Shown: positions 20,129-28,164 of the stretch, in pieces | Layout of the letters: the number at the start of each line of letters is the position of its first letter | How positions within the stretch are numbered: the first letter of the stretch is position 1 | DNA from: a virus | Strand: one strand, 5' to 3' | Length of the DNA stretch: 64,000 bases | IMG/VR virus record: IMGVR_UViG_3300048065_001187 | Location: 86,767 to 150,766 of that record | The notes under the pieces: generated by a model | Seen by the model: only the letters and a program-made list of their open reading frames with translations | Database searches by the model: none | What the model was told of the DNA's origin: nothing | Position numbers and translations under genes: made by a program

Positions 20129-21249
20129 TGAACAATAAGTACGGATTAGTTTGTGTTTCTAAAATCCTACAAGAAGAAGATAAATCAAATTCTTTTGTAG
20201 GCATCACTAGAAAAGCTTATGCTGAGCTTGCGTCAGAAAAAGGCGATCAAGAAGCAAAGAAAAAACTGAAAGATGAAATCCTTCATAATCTAAACTTAAC
20301 TGTAAAGATTATAGATTTCTGCCGTACTAATAATATTGATCACTATAGATTAAATACTTCTATCTTTGGCATCATAGCAGATCCTTCCTTTGATTTATCT
20401 GTCAATGATTTACCTCAGCGTGAAGATGTTCTTGATGCAATCAAAGAGATAGGAAGAACTTCTATTACAAAAGGGGTATCTTTATCCATTCAGCCTGATA
20501 AATTTTGTAAGCTGATAGACGATGACGATGGTGTTGTAGAGAAATCAATCAAGGAGTTAAATTTCTACTCTTGGTTTCTTGATGAAATCGGAACGCAGGA
20601 GAATATTTCTGCTCCGATCCATCTGCATCTAAACTCTCAGCCTGAAAAACAAGATCATGATTCTTACTGTGATTTCACTGATAGGTTTTATGAGAATTTT
20701 AAGGAACTTGATTCAGGAGCTCAGCGGCGTTTAGTTTTAAAGAATGCTGACCATGGTGTTTGGAGTGCGTTTAATTTATTTAAATATTTGCATGTCTATT
20801 GTTTTGAAGAACACGATTTTGGATTTCCTTTGGCATACAATAATTTATTTGATTCCTTAAACCCATCTAAAATAGATAACTCAGTTGTCGATCAACAGAT
20901 AAATGTAGGAGCATTTCACGAAACATGGAGCGGTGTTGTTCCTGTTTTTACTTGGACTGAATCTAAAAGTGCAGATCAACCAAGGGCATTTGCCCCTGAG
21001 CTTTCTGCTCATATTCCTGACTTTGGTTATCAAATCAAATGGGAAGTAGATGTCACTGACAAGGACATAGCTATACTAAAATTATTCTCTGAAGAAGGTC
21101 CAAGCAGAATTTCTGAAGAGGCTCTTCGTAAGATTACTCGTGGAAGATATCAAAAAGTAACCAACAACTATAATGCACTATATGAAGCGGCGAGACAAGT
21201 CAACATTGTTGCTGAAAACAATGACGATCAAATAGTTGGCGGACAATAA
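20128..21249 (+). CDS. UvsE/UVDE-fold protein, predicted catalytically inactive paralogue
   Basis: Colinear with the UvsE at 42199 (GLxCxSxIL, TRK, ILHN, HYRL, ELNF, PVF, KWE), but the metal ligands are substituted. Confidence 0.8.
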   Translation: MNNKYGLVCVSKILQEEDKSNSFVGITRKAYAELASEKGDQEAKKKLKDEILHNLNLTVKIIDFCRTNNIDHYRLNTSIFGIIADPSFDLSVNDLPQREDVLDAIKEIGRTSITKGVSLSIQPDKFCKLIDDDDGVVEKSIKELNFYSWFLDEIGTQENISAPIHLHLNSQPEKQDHDSYCDFTDRFYENFKELDSGAQRRLVLKNADHGVWSAFNLFKYLHVYCFEEHDFGFPLAYNNLFDSLNPSKIDNSVVDQQINVGAFHETWSGVVPVFTWTESKSADQPRAFAPELSAHIPDFGYQIKWEVDVTDKDIAILKLFSEEGPSRISEEALRKITRGRYQKVTNNYNALYEAARQVNIVAENNDDQIVGGQ

Positions 21250-21262
21250 GTGTAATATATTT
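21250..21262 (+). promoter_or_regulatory. GTGTA-type motif upstream of tmRNA
   Basis: GTGTAATATAT about 50 nt before the mature tmRNA 5' end. Confidence 0.45.
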
Positions 21263-21301
21263 CGGTTTTTTGGTATAAAAAATAGTTCTTTAACATTTTA
21301 T

Positions 21302-21669
21302 GGGCGTGTACTGGATTCGATTTAAATTGGATTAGTATACTGCAAGTAGGAGTTGCATCTGGCTCCTTAAAAAGGTGCAAAAGTTTACATGGCAATAAAG
21401 CACGTGTTAAGACCTTTGGTTTTCGTAAGACTGCCAAGGTCGCAATGGCAGCATAAAGTCTGTCACCTCGTAACTTTTGACGCAGATAAAAAGATTGCGG
21501 GGTTATCAATCTGCAAAACAGATAAAAGTTTTCTTGTATAATAAACTGTAAATAATTGAAACAAGAAGTTGGATGTTAATATCATAACTTTAAAAAAAAT
21601 TAACTAAACTTGTAGATGTATATTCTTAAAGGTTTAAAGACGGGAGTTCGACTCTCCCCACGTCCACCA
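21302..21669 (+). ncRNA. ssrA: tmRNA (SsrA), tag (A)GNKARVKTFGFRKTAKVAMAA
   Basis: Acceptor stem GGGCGTG/CACGTCC with G3:U alanine identity pair, A discriminator and encoded CCA. 5' GGATTCGA motif. T-arm GGGAG-TTCGACT-CTCCC. Tag ORF 21391-21456 ends AMAA-stop. Confidence 0.96.
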
Positions 21670-21676
21670 TTTTACT

Positions 21677-22957
21677 ATGAATACAAACGAATTAAACAGA
21701 AGAGAATTTATTGCTAGAGCCGCCAAATCTTATTTGGGGGTAGGGCTAATGCCTTTGGTTGGGTCTTACATTCACGATAACGCATATGCCCTCACCCCGG
21801 GCACTCGCCCTGCAAAAGCACGGCATGTCATTTACTTGAATATGGCTGGAGCAATGTCGCATCTAGACACCCTTGACCCCAAGCCTCAAAGCCCCGATGT
21901 TCAAGGTCCAGTTGAAGCTATACAAACAAGTGTTGATGATTTATTTCTTTCTGAAAACTTACCTACAGTTGCTAGGCATATGCATAATGCCGCCATTGTT
22001 CGTTCAGTAACCAGTAATCAAGGTGCACATGAACAGGCTAGCTATCTTATGCATACAAGCTATCAAAAACGCGGCACAATTGTACATCCAACCTTTGGTA
22101 GCTGGGTTTCAAAACTTTCCGGCTCTATCAACAGAACTATTCCTGCGAATGTAAAGATCGGTGGGGGAGGAGGCGGAGCTGGCTTCTTAGAATCTCGCTA
22201 CGGAGCTTTACCTCTTAGAAATCCTAAAGCAGGGTTAGCTAACAGCTCAATGGCTGACTATTTAGACAGCACACAATTTAATGATAGAATAAAAGCTGCG
22301 GAACAATTAAATGCAGTATTTAGCGAGCAATATAATCAAAAACAAATTCGTGCTTATACTGATTTATATAAAGATGCAGTTAAATTAATGCAGAGTGAAG
22401 ATTTAAAGGCATTTGATATTTCTGCTGAGCCAGAAGCTGTGACTGAATTATACGGAGACAGTAACTTTGGTCAGGGATGCTTGCTTGCAAGAAGATTGAT
22501 TGAGAATAAAGTTCGGTATGTTGAAGTAACTCGCGGGGGATGGGATACACATGATAACAATTTTGATCGCGTGGCTGCTAATTGTGCAGATATTGATAAA
22601 GCATTAGGTGCATTACTTTTTGATTTAGAAATTCGTGGACTACTTAATGAAACCTTAGTTGTTCTTACATCTGAATTTGGGCGCACTCCTAAAATCAATC
22701 CAAGAGATGGTAGAGATCATTGGCCAAAAGCTTTCTCTGCTTTCTTTGCTGGTGGAGCAGTAAAAGGCGGCACAATATATGGTCAGAGCGATGATAAAGG
22801 TATGGAAGTTGCGGAAAACCCTGTAAAACCTGAGGATTTAAATGCAACAATAGCTTATGCATTAGGGTTATCGCTTAACGACATTCATTACTCTCCCTCT
22901 GGAAGACCTTTTCAAATTGCACACAAAGGTCAACCAATTCTAGATATATTAGCATAA
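21677..22957 (+). CDS. DUF1501 family protein with a Tat signal peptide
   Basis: LNRREF twin-arginine signal. VIYLNMAGAMSHLDTLDP, FGQGCLLARRL, GWDTH, SEFGRTP, GRDHW and GGAVKGG motifs. Confidence 0.9.
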   Translation: MNTNELNRREFIARAAKSYLGVGLMPLVGSYIHDNAYALTPGTRPAKARHVIYLNMAGAMSHLDTLDPKPQSPDVQGPVEAIQTSVDDLFLSENLPTVARHMHNAAIVRSVTSNQGAHEQASYLMHTSYQKRGTIVHPTFGSWVSKLSGSINRTIPANVKIGGGGGGAGFLESRYGALPLRNPKAGLANSSMADYLDSTQFNDRIKAAEQLNAVFSEQYNQKQIRAYTDLYKDAVKLMQSEDLKAFDISAEPEAVTELYGDSNFGQGCLLARRLIENKVRYVEVTRGGWDTHDNNFDRVAANCADIDKALGALLFDLEIRGLLNETLVVLTSEFGRTPKINPRDGRDHWPKAFSAFFAGGAVKGGTIYGQSDDKGMEVAENPVKPEDLNATIAYALGLSLNDIHYSPSGRPFQIAHKGQPILDILA

Positions 22958-22989
22958 AAAACCCCCTATTTCTAGGGGGCTTTACTTTT
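22956..22989. terminator. Intrinsic terminator, probably bidirectional
   Basis: A-run, then CCCCCTA-TTTC-TAGGGGG hairpin (22962-22979), then a T-rich tail, between convergent genes. Confidence 0.75.
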
Positions 22990-23026
22990 GGAAAGCTAGC
23001 TTTCGCTAACGGTATTAAATAATTAA

Positions 23027-23833
23027 TTATTCAGGGCGTTTACCTAAAGGTTTTCCGTCTTGACCAATTTCACCAGCTCTAATTTTAGTCGCCGATACCT
23101 CTTGAAGCTCTTTACTTAACTCAAGTTGCTCAATATTGTAGCCTACGCCCCTTCCATAAAACACATCTGTAATATTAGGAAGTTCAACTACTTTTATTTT
23201 ATTCCCAAATTCAGAACATGCTGCATGTATTTCTGCTTTTACTTTTTCAAAATCATAAGGATTCTTTTCGTCTATACCAGCAACATCTCTTAATGCTATA
23301 CAGCATTGCCCTGTTCTTTTGATTGATTCTGCTACCAAAGTTTTGTGTCCAATATGAAACGGTTGATATCTACCTATGAGTAGTGCTGTTGGTGCTTGAT
23401 TATCCCATGCTTCTGTCTCATTTAATTTATCCATAACTTTATCTGCCCAATCGTCTGCATTGCCATCAGTCAATCTAATATCGTAGTTCAGGGGACGTTC
23501 AAACATTTTATTAGTATCTTCGTATCTACCTTCCATGATTCTATCAACCCATATTGTGAAGTCAGCCCCAAAAGCTTGCCTTGTTTCTTGCGTCGGGCAA
23601 ACGAAGTCGGCAATTACATATCCTCCACCTAATTTAGCCCAATCGCAAAGCTTTCCCATTCTTGTGGCATGCTTTATTCTATCTTCTGAGGAAAACCCTA
23701 GCTCAGAATATATGTCCTGCCTAACAGCATCTGCATTAAACCATGCGGCGTTTAACTTGTGAACCAATATTTCGGCAAGTGTTGTTTTGCCGGAACCAGG
23801 TAGACCCATAATTAAAATTTTTCTCTTAGTCAT
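23027..23833 (-). CDS. cysC: Adenylylsulfate kinase-like domain fused to a HIGH-class nucleotidyltransferase domain
   Basis: GLPGSGKTT, NADAVR, LGFSSEDR and DFVCP (CysC-like). C-terminal GRYQPFHIGH, NPY and SATKIR. Confidence 0.75.
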   Translation of the reverse strand: MTKRKILIMGLPGSGKTTLAEILVHKLNAAWFNADAVRQDIYSELGFSSEDRIKHATRMGKLCDWAKLGGGYVIADFVCPTQETRQAFGADFTIWVDRIMEGRYEDTNKMFERPLNYDIRLTDGNADDWADKVMDKLNETEAWDNQAPTALLIGRYQPFHIGHKTLVAESIKRTGQCCIALRDVAGIDEKNPYDFEKVKAEIHAACSEFGNKIKVVELPNITDVFYGRGVGYNIEQLELSKELQEVSATKIRAGEIGQDGKPLGKRPE

Positions 23834-23874
23834 GATTTATATTACATCCAAATCATAAAAGTTAGAAAAAAAAC

Positions 23875-23903
23875 TTGACTTTAAAATGAATCTTTAGTAT
23901 ACT
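23875..23903 (+). promoter_or_regulatory. sigma70-type promoter
   Basis: TTGACT-N17-TATACT. Confidence 0.7.
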
Positions 23904-23917
23904 CTGTATATTCAATT

Positions 23918-24130
23918 ATGAAAATTATTCGAAAAAATGTTATTAAAGGCTCAGATACCGTTTATGTAGTAACTCGTAACGGTAGAAGAGTTGAGGATAC
24001 TAATTATAAAACAAAGCATGAAGCGGAATATCGAGCAGATTGCTTACATGAAATGGTTAAACAGTATGACCACACATCTGTTGGAAAAATTGATATTGTT
24101 TACACATCAAGGCCTCATAAAATTTATTAA
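23918..24130 (+). CDS. Hypothetical phage protein
   Basis: ORF follows the promoter and is TAATG-coupled to dut. Confidence 0.6.
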   Translation: MKIIRKNVIKGSDTVYVVTRNGRRVEDTNYKTKHEAEYRADCLHEMVKQYDHTSVGKIDIVYTSRPHKIY

Positions 24131-24558
24131 TGAAAGTAAAATTTAAAAAATTAGTACCGCATGCCCAGCCTCCTTCTCAGGCTAATTCTGGTGACGCTGG
24201 TTACGATCTAACGGCTACAGCAGTAAACTATCCTACTGTAAGCGAAGGTGTATTTACTGAAATTTGCACAGGATTATCTTTTGAGATACCAAAAGGTTAT
24301 GTAGGTCTTGTTTTTCCTAGGTCTAGCATCAGCAAGACTAAGCATTTTTTAAGAAATTCTGTTGGTGTTATTGATAGTGGGTATCGTGGCGAAGTAAAAC
24401 TTAGATTTTCTACAGACGAATCCAATACATCTTACAAGATAGGTGATAGGGTTGGTCAAATTGTATTTATTAAATTACCTAAAATAGAATTAATAGAATC
24501 TGATGCTTTATCTGATTCACAAAGAAGCAAAGGAGGCTTTGGTAGCAGTGGCTCTTAA
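24130..24558 (+). CDS. dut: dUTPase (trimeric)
   Basis: DAGYDL, PRSS, GVIDSGYRGE, RVGQ and GGFGSSG motifs. Confidence 0.95.
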   Translation: MKVKFKKLVPHAQPPSQANSGDAGYDLTATAVNYPTVSEGVFTEICTGLSFEIPKGYVGLVFPRSSISKTKHFLRNSVGVIDSGYRGEVKLRFSTDESNTSYKIGDRVGQIVFIKLPKIELIESDALSDSQRSKGGFGSSGS

Positions 24559-24766
24559 TTACAATATAATAAATTATTGCTTAAATAAGTTTTGTCCTTA
24601 TTTAATTATCTCTTTCTTATTATTTTATAATTCTGGACTCGACTTATGGAAAGGTGGTATCATTTTTTTGGCCTGTTGTTTTGCTGACAAGTTTTCTTTT
24701 CGTGCAGGTTACAGTCTAGCGTATTGTCAAGCTAAAGGTATAGATTTAAATAAAGATGCTGAATAA
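24548..24766 (+). CDS. Small membrane protein
   Basis: Two hydrophobic segments. Start uncertain (GTG 24548). Confidence 0.45.
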   Translation: MALNYNIINYCLNKFCPYLIISFLLFYNSGLDLWKGGIIFLACCFADKFSFRAGYSLAYCQAKGIDLNKDAE

Positions 24767-25016
24767 TTTATTAACTAAGATGCAATCGTTCTCTCGTAGG
24801 CTTAAAAGAGCTATGTCAGGGCAAAGATACTACCTTATTTATCGTTGTGCCGATGGAAAAACAAAAACATATCTGATAGGAGATATTGATTTATATAAAT
24901 CTTTTGGTAATAAAAATGAAAGCAGGGACAACGCTGGATTCAGAGCCTATTGTTTTGCTAGAAAGCAAATCAGATCCTTCAGGCATGACAGAATAGTTTC
25001 CCTTACGAAGAAATAA
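24756..25016 (+). CDS. Stand-alone WYL-like domain protein
   Basis: C-terminal AYCFARKQIRSFRHDRI matches the WYL RxFRxDRI signature. Confidence 0.6.
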   Translation: MLNNLLTKMQSFSRRLKRAMSGQRYYLIYRCADGKTKTYLIGDIDLYKSFGNKNESRDNAGFRAYCFARKQIRSFRHDRIVSLTKK

Positions 25017-25018
25017 TT

Positions 25019-25597
25019 TTGGATGCTTTTTTTAGTATTTGTTTCATTGTAGGTATATTTATATATCTATATGTTCAATATTTTAATACCCCGAAAGAAG
25101 ATAATTCATCCGAAATTGACACAATTTTAGAGCGAGAAAGGGATAAAGAAATATTTTATACCCAACAAATCAATAAATTAGGTGATGAAATAAATTTATT
25201 GAAAAACAAGTCAGCCGAACTTAATATCTTAAATACTAATCTTGAAAAATCATATAGCGAATTAGAAACAGACTATATAAAAAATAAAAACGACTTAGAA
25301 AATCAAATTTTTGAAATTTCTGAACAAAAAAAGAAAGTAACATCCCAAAAGAAAAGTAGTGAAGTACGACTTGGACATATTGCCGAAACTCTGGCACCTT
25401 TTCTCGATCAATTTGAATTTGATCCTGAAACTTGTGTCTTTCTAGGAAAACCTATTGACTATATATCTTTTGGAGACGATGAAATCACACTTATTGAAGT
25501 TAAAAGTGGCAAAAGCCAGCTTAATTCTAGGCAACGCCATATTAGAGATCAAGTAAAAGCTAAACTTGTATCTTGGAAAGAAGTAAGAATTAAATAA
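25019..25597 (+). CDS. Membrane-anchored Holliday junction resolvase-like PD-(D/E)XK endonuclease (Endonuc_Holl-like)
   Basis: N-terminal TM and coiled coil, then GHIAETLAPF, FLGKPIDY, IEVKSG and QRHIRD. Confidence 0.75.
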   Translation: MDAFFSICFIVGIFIYLYVQYFNTPKEDNSSEIDTILERERDKEIFYTQQINKLGDEINLLKNKSAELNILNTNLEKSYSELETDYIKNKNDLENQIFEISEQKKKVTSQKKSSEVRLGHIAETLAPFLDQFEFDPETCVFLGKPIDYISFGDDEITLIEVKSGKSQLNSRQRHIRDQVKAKLVSWKEVRIK

Positions 25598-25620
25598 TTT
25601 TTATTAACACAAACATAGTT

Positions 25621-26274
25621 ATGAATACTACTAAAATCATTGTGACTGCCCTTCTAGGGTTTTTTATTAACGCCGCTTCTGCTCAGCAGAATTCAGCTAA
25701 CATCGGATATACTTCTGATTATTTTTATAGAGGTGCCGCAGTTGCTGAAGAATCAGTTCAAAGTTCGATTGGTGCAAGCTACGAACTTTCTTCTGTTACC
25801 CTGTCAGCAGGAGCCTTTACTAATCAGGCTGTAGAAAACGGATCAGATGTTTATATTCTTACTGCAGGAGCTTCAACAAGCTTTGCGGATGATTTAGTCT
25901 CTCTTTACGGTGGACTGAATCATTTTGAGGATGTAGATGGAGTTTCTTTGTTTGAGTTTGCTCTTTCTGCTGGCTTAAGCACCCCTCTTTCTCCAACTGT
26001 GAATCTTTATCGTTCATTTGATGATGATTTATTTACTTGGGAAATTGGCATTAGCCATAAGTTTGACCTTGAAGTTGTCGGTCTTTGCCTCCATGCCTTG
26101 TATGGTGAATCTGAATTGACTGAAGCACTTGAGTCAGACTATTTCACTGCGGGAGCTAACTTATCCAAAGGTATAAGTGATAATGCAGAAGTCGTTTTGT
26201 CTGCCGATTATGTTGATTCTGATATCACTCAAGATGAGTGGGTTTTTGGTGGTGCAGTTTCAATCAAGTTCTAA
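25621..26274 (+). CDS. TorF/Gcw_chp (TIGR02001)-like outer-membrane beta-barrel protein
   Basis: Sec signal (AASA), TSDYFYRG N-terminal motif, alternating beta strands, C-terminal Phe. Confidence 0.75.
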   Translation: MNTTKIIVTALLGFFINAASAQQNSANIGYTSDYFYRGAAVAEESVQSSIGASYELSSVTLSAGAFTNQAVENGSDVYILTAGASTSFADDLVSLYGGLNHFEDVDGVSLFEFALSAGLSTPLSPTVNLYRSFDDDLFTWEIGISHKFDLEVVGLCLHALYGESELTEALESDYFTAGANLSKGISDNAEVVLSADYVDSDITQDEWVFGGAVSIKF

Positions 26275-26293
26275 TTTAACCCTAATATAAAAC

Positions 26294-26545
26294 ATGAAAA
26301 ATACTATTGATCTAATCAAGTCCTTCGCAGGAGGTATTACTAGCGTATTGCTTTCCATTATTGGATTGCTTGTTGTTGCCCAAGTCGTATTCGGTGCAGG
26401 TGCACCTATCGATATCATCAGCAATCTTCAGCAAGTCGTAACCGGCTTTGTTGGTGAAGGAGCAAGTCTTGCAGGTATCATTACATTACTTCTTCTTGTT
26501 GCCCTTTTCCAAAAAGGAAATTGCTGCGACTCTGGTAAAAAGTAA
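26294..26545 (+). CDS. Small two-TM membrane protein
   Basis: Two hydrophobic helices, follows the porin gene. Confidence 0.65.
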   Translation: MKNTIDLIKSFAGGITSVLLSIIGLLVVAQVVFGAGAPIDIISNLQQVVTGFVGEGASLAGIITLLLLVALFQKGNCCDSGKK

Positions 26546-26554
26546 TTTTTATCC

Positions 26555-26600
26555 TTGACTTATTAGAGGGAGGCGGCTATAATAGTCGTCTCCCTCTTTT
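26555..26600 (+). terminator. Terminator hairpin overlapping a sigma70 promoter
   Basis: 15-bp stem 26565-26579/26583-26597 (two G:U pairs) plus T tail. TTGACT(26555)-N17-TATAAT(26578) has its -10 box across the loop. Confidence 0.7.
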
Positions 26601-26616
26601 ATTATATACCATAAAT

Positions 26617-28164
26617 ATGAATTACAAAGTTTTATCTCTTTTCTCGAATGTAGGTTTTGGTGAATTTTACTTGAACGATTTACCGCTTGATGTAGTTGTC
26701 GCAAATGAACTAGAGCAAGATCGTGCAAACTTTTATAATGTCCTGCATCCATCCACAAAGATGATTAACGGCGACATTACAGATAGTTCTATTAGATCTG
26801 AGATAATTTCTGAATGCAAGAAACGCGGGCCAATTGACATTGTGATGGCTACACCTCCATGCCAAGGTATGAGTCTAGCAAATGCAACAAAAAGCCCTAA
26901 CGATGAGAGAAACACCTTAATAATTCATGCTATGGATTTATTTAAAGAGGTTGGGGCTAAGTATATGTTAATAGAAAATGTGCCCAATATGCCAAATACA
27001 TATATTTCGCACAAAGACTATGATGAACCTGTAAAAATTTTAGATTTCATTAATGATTCTATTCCTGAGGGTGCATATTGTGTTTCAAAAGTTTTGAATG
27101 GTAAAAATTTTGGGACTGCACAAGAGAGAAAGAGGTCTATTACTCTAATTTCCACAGAATACAAGTGGGATCATCCTAAACCTGATGACAATATTTTGTG
27201 CCTAGACGATGTTATTCGTGATGAAGTCAAATTTCCTAGCTTAGACGAAGATTCTTCGGATATTCCTTGGCATTTTTTATCCAAACAAAACCCTCGACAC
27301 ATTGATTGGATGAAATATGCACCTTCAGGCAAGAGTGCTTATTTTAATGAGAAAGATCACTACCCTTGTCACGAAGAAGAAAACAAGAAAGGAAGCGGGA
27401 CTACAATAATTGAATATGTCAAAAAAACGAATGGAGAAAATGGTTGGCACACTAATCCTCCTGTTTTAATTGATGAACACGGAGTCGTTACTGACGCACC
27501 TTTTACAGAAGAGACTATAGACGGCAAAGAACTTTTAGCCATTGAGATACCCGAAGGATACAAACTAAAAAGAGAAATTTATGGATTTACTACTGCTTAT
27601 AAAAGAATGGATTGGCATAAGCCTTCTACAACAGTGACAATGACCAATGGCTCCATCTCAAGCCAAAACAATGTTCATCCAGGCAAGGAAAATGGTGATG
27701 GAACTTATTCTGACGCAAGAGTATTCTCGATTAGAGAGCTGCTTGCAGTTTGCGGCTTGCCGATTAATTTACTTGACGAATTTTGCGAAAAAAAGAAACC
27801 AAACACAAAGTATAAATATTGCTCAGGTAGTTGGGGATACCAATACCATCCTACTTTTATCAGGAAAGTTCTTGGTGAAATGTTTTTACCTAAAATGTCT
27901 TTAGAAATTATGAAAACCCTACCTTTATTCCAAGAAAATAAAATTATGCCTGAATTAAAAGAAGAAACGCTTAAAGATTTTGCACCTGCAAACTCGGAAA
28001 CTATCATTAAAGCCCAAGGCAATAGCCATGTAGAACTGATGCAGAAAGTGAAGAACTGCCGTCAAGAAAATATATTATTAAGATCTGAAAATAAAGAACT
28101 GAAACTTAAACTAGAGCAATTTGAAATTGAAAAGGCTGAATTAAATAGTATATTTGATGATTGA
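26617..28164 (+). CDS. DNA cytosine-C5 methyltransferase
   Basis: SLFSNVG (motif I variant), TPPCQG (IV), ENV (VI), QERKR (VIII), RVFSIRE (IX), LGE (X). C-terminal coiled-coil extension. Confidence 0.9.
   Translation: MNYKVLSLFSNVGFGEFYLNDLPLDVVVANELEQDRANFYNVLHPSTKMINGDITDSSIRSEIISECKKRGPIDIVMATPPCQGMSLANATKSPNDERNTLIIHAMDLFKEVGAKYMLIENVPNMPNTYISHKDYDEPVKILDFINDSIPEGAYCVSKVLNGKNFGTAQERKRSITLISTEYKWDHPKPDDNILCLDDVIRDEVKFPSLDEDSSDIPWHFLSKQNPRHIDWMKYAPSGKSAYFNEKDHYPCHEEENKKGSGTTIIEYVKKTNGENGWHTNPPVLIDEHGVVTDAPFTEETIDGKELLAIEIPEGYKLKREIYGFTTAYKRMDWHKPSTTVTMTNGSISSQNNVHPGKENGDGTYSDARVFSIRELLAVCGLPINLLDEFCEKKKPNTKYKYCSGSWGYQYHPTFIRKVLGEMFLPKMSLEIMKTLPLFQENKIMPELKEETLKDFAPANSETIIKAQGNSHVELMQKVKNCRQENILLRSENKELKLKLEQFEIEKAELNSIFDD

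Noticed and set aside
21228-21509. 93-aa minus-strand ORF
   Set aside because: Antisense shadow of the tmRNA.
21620-21669. tRNA gene (T-arm plus CCA)
   Set aside because: This is the 3' tRNA-like domain of the tmRNA. Its 5' partner is at 21302 and there is no anticodon arm.
27360-27580. Intein in the methyltransferase insertion
   Set aside because: Too short, and it lacks a C-terminal HN-(C/S/T) splice motif.
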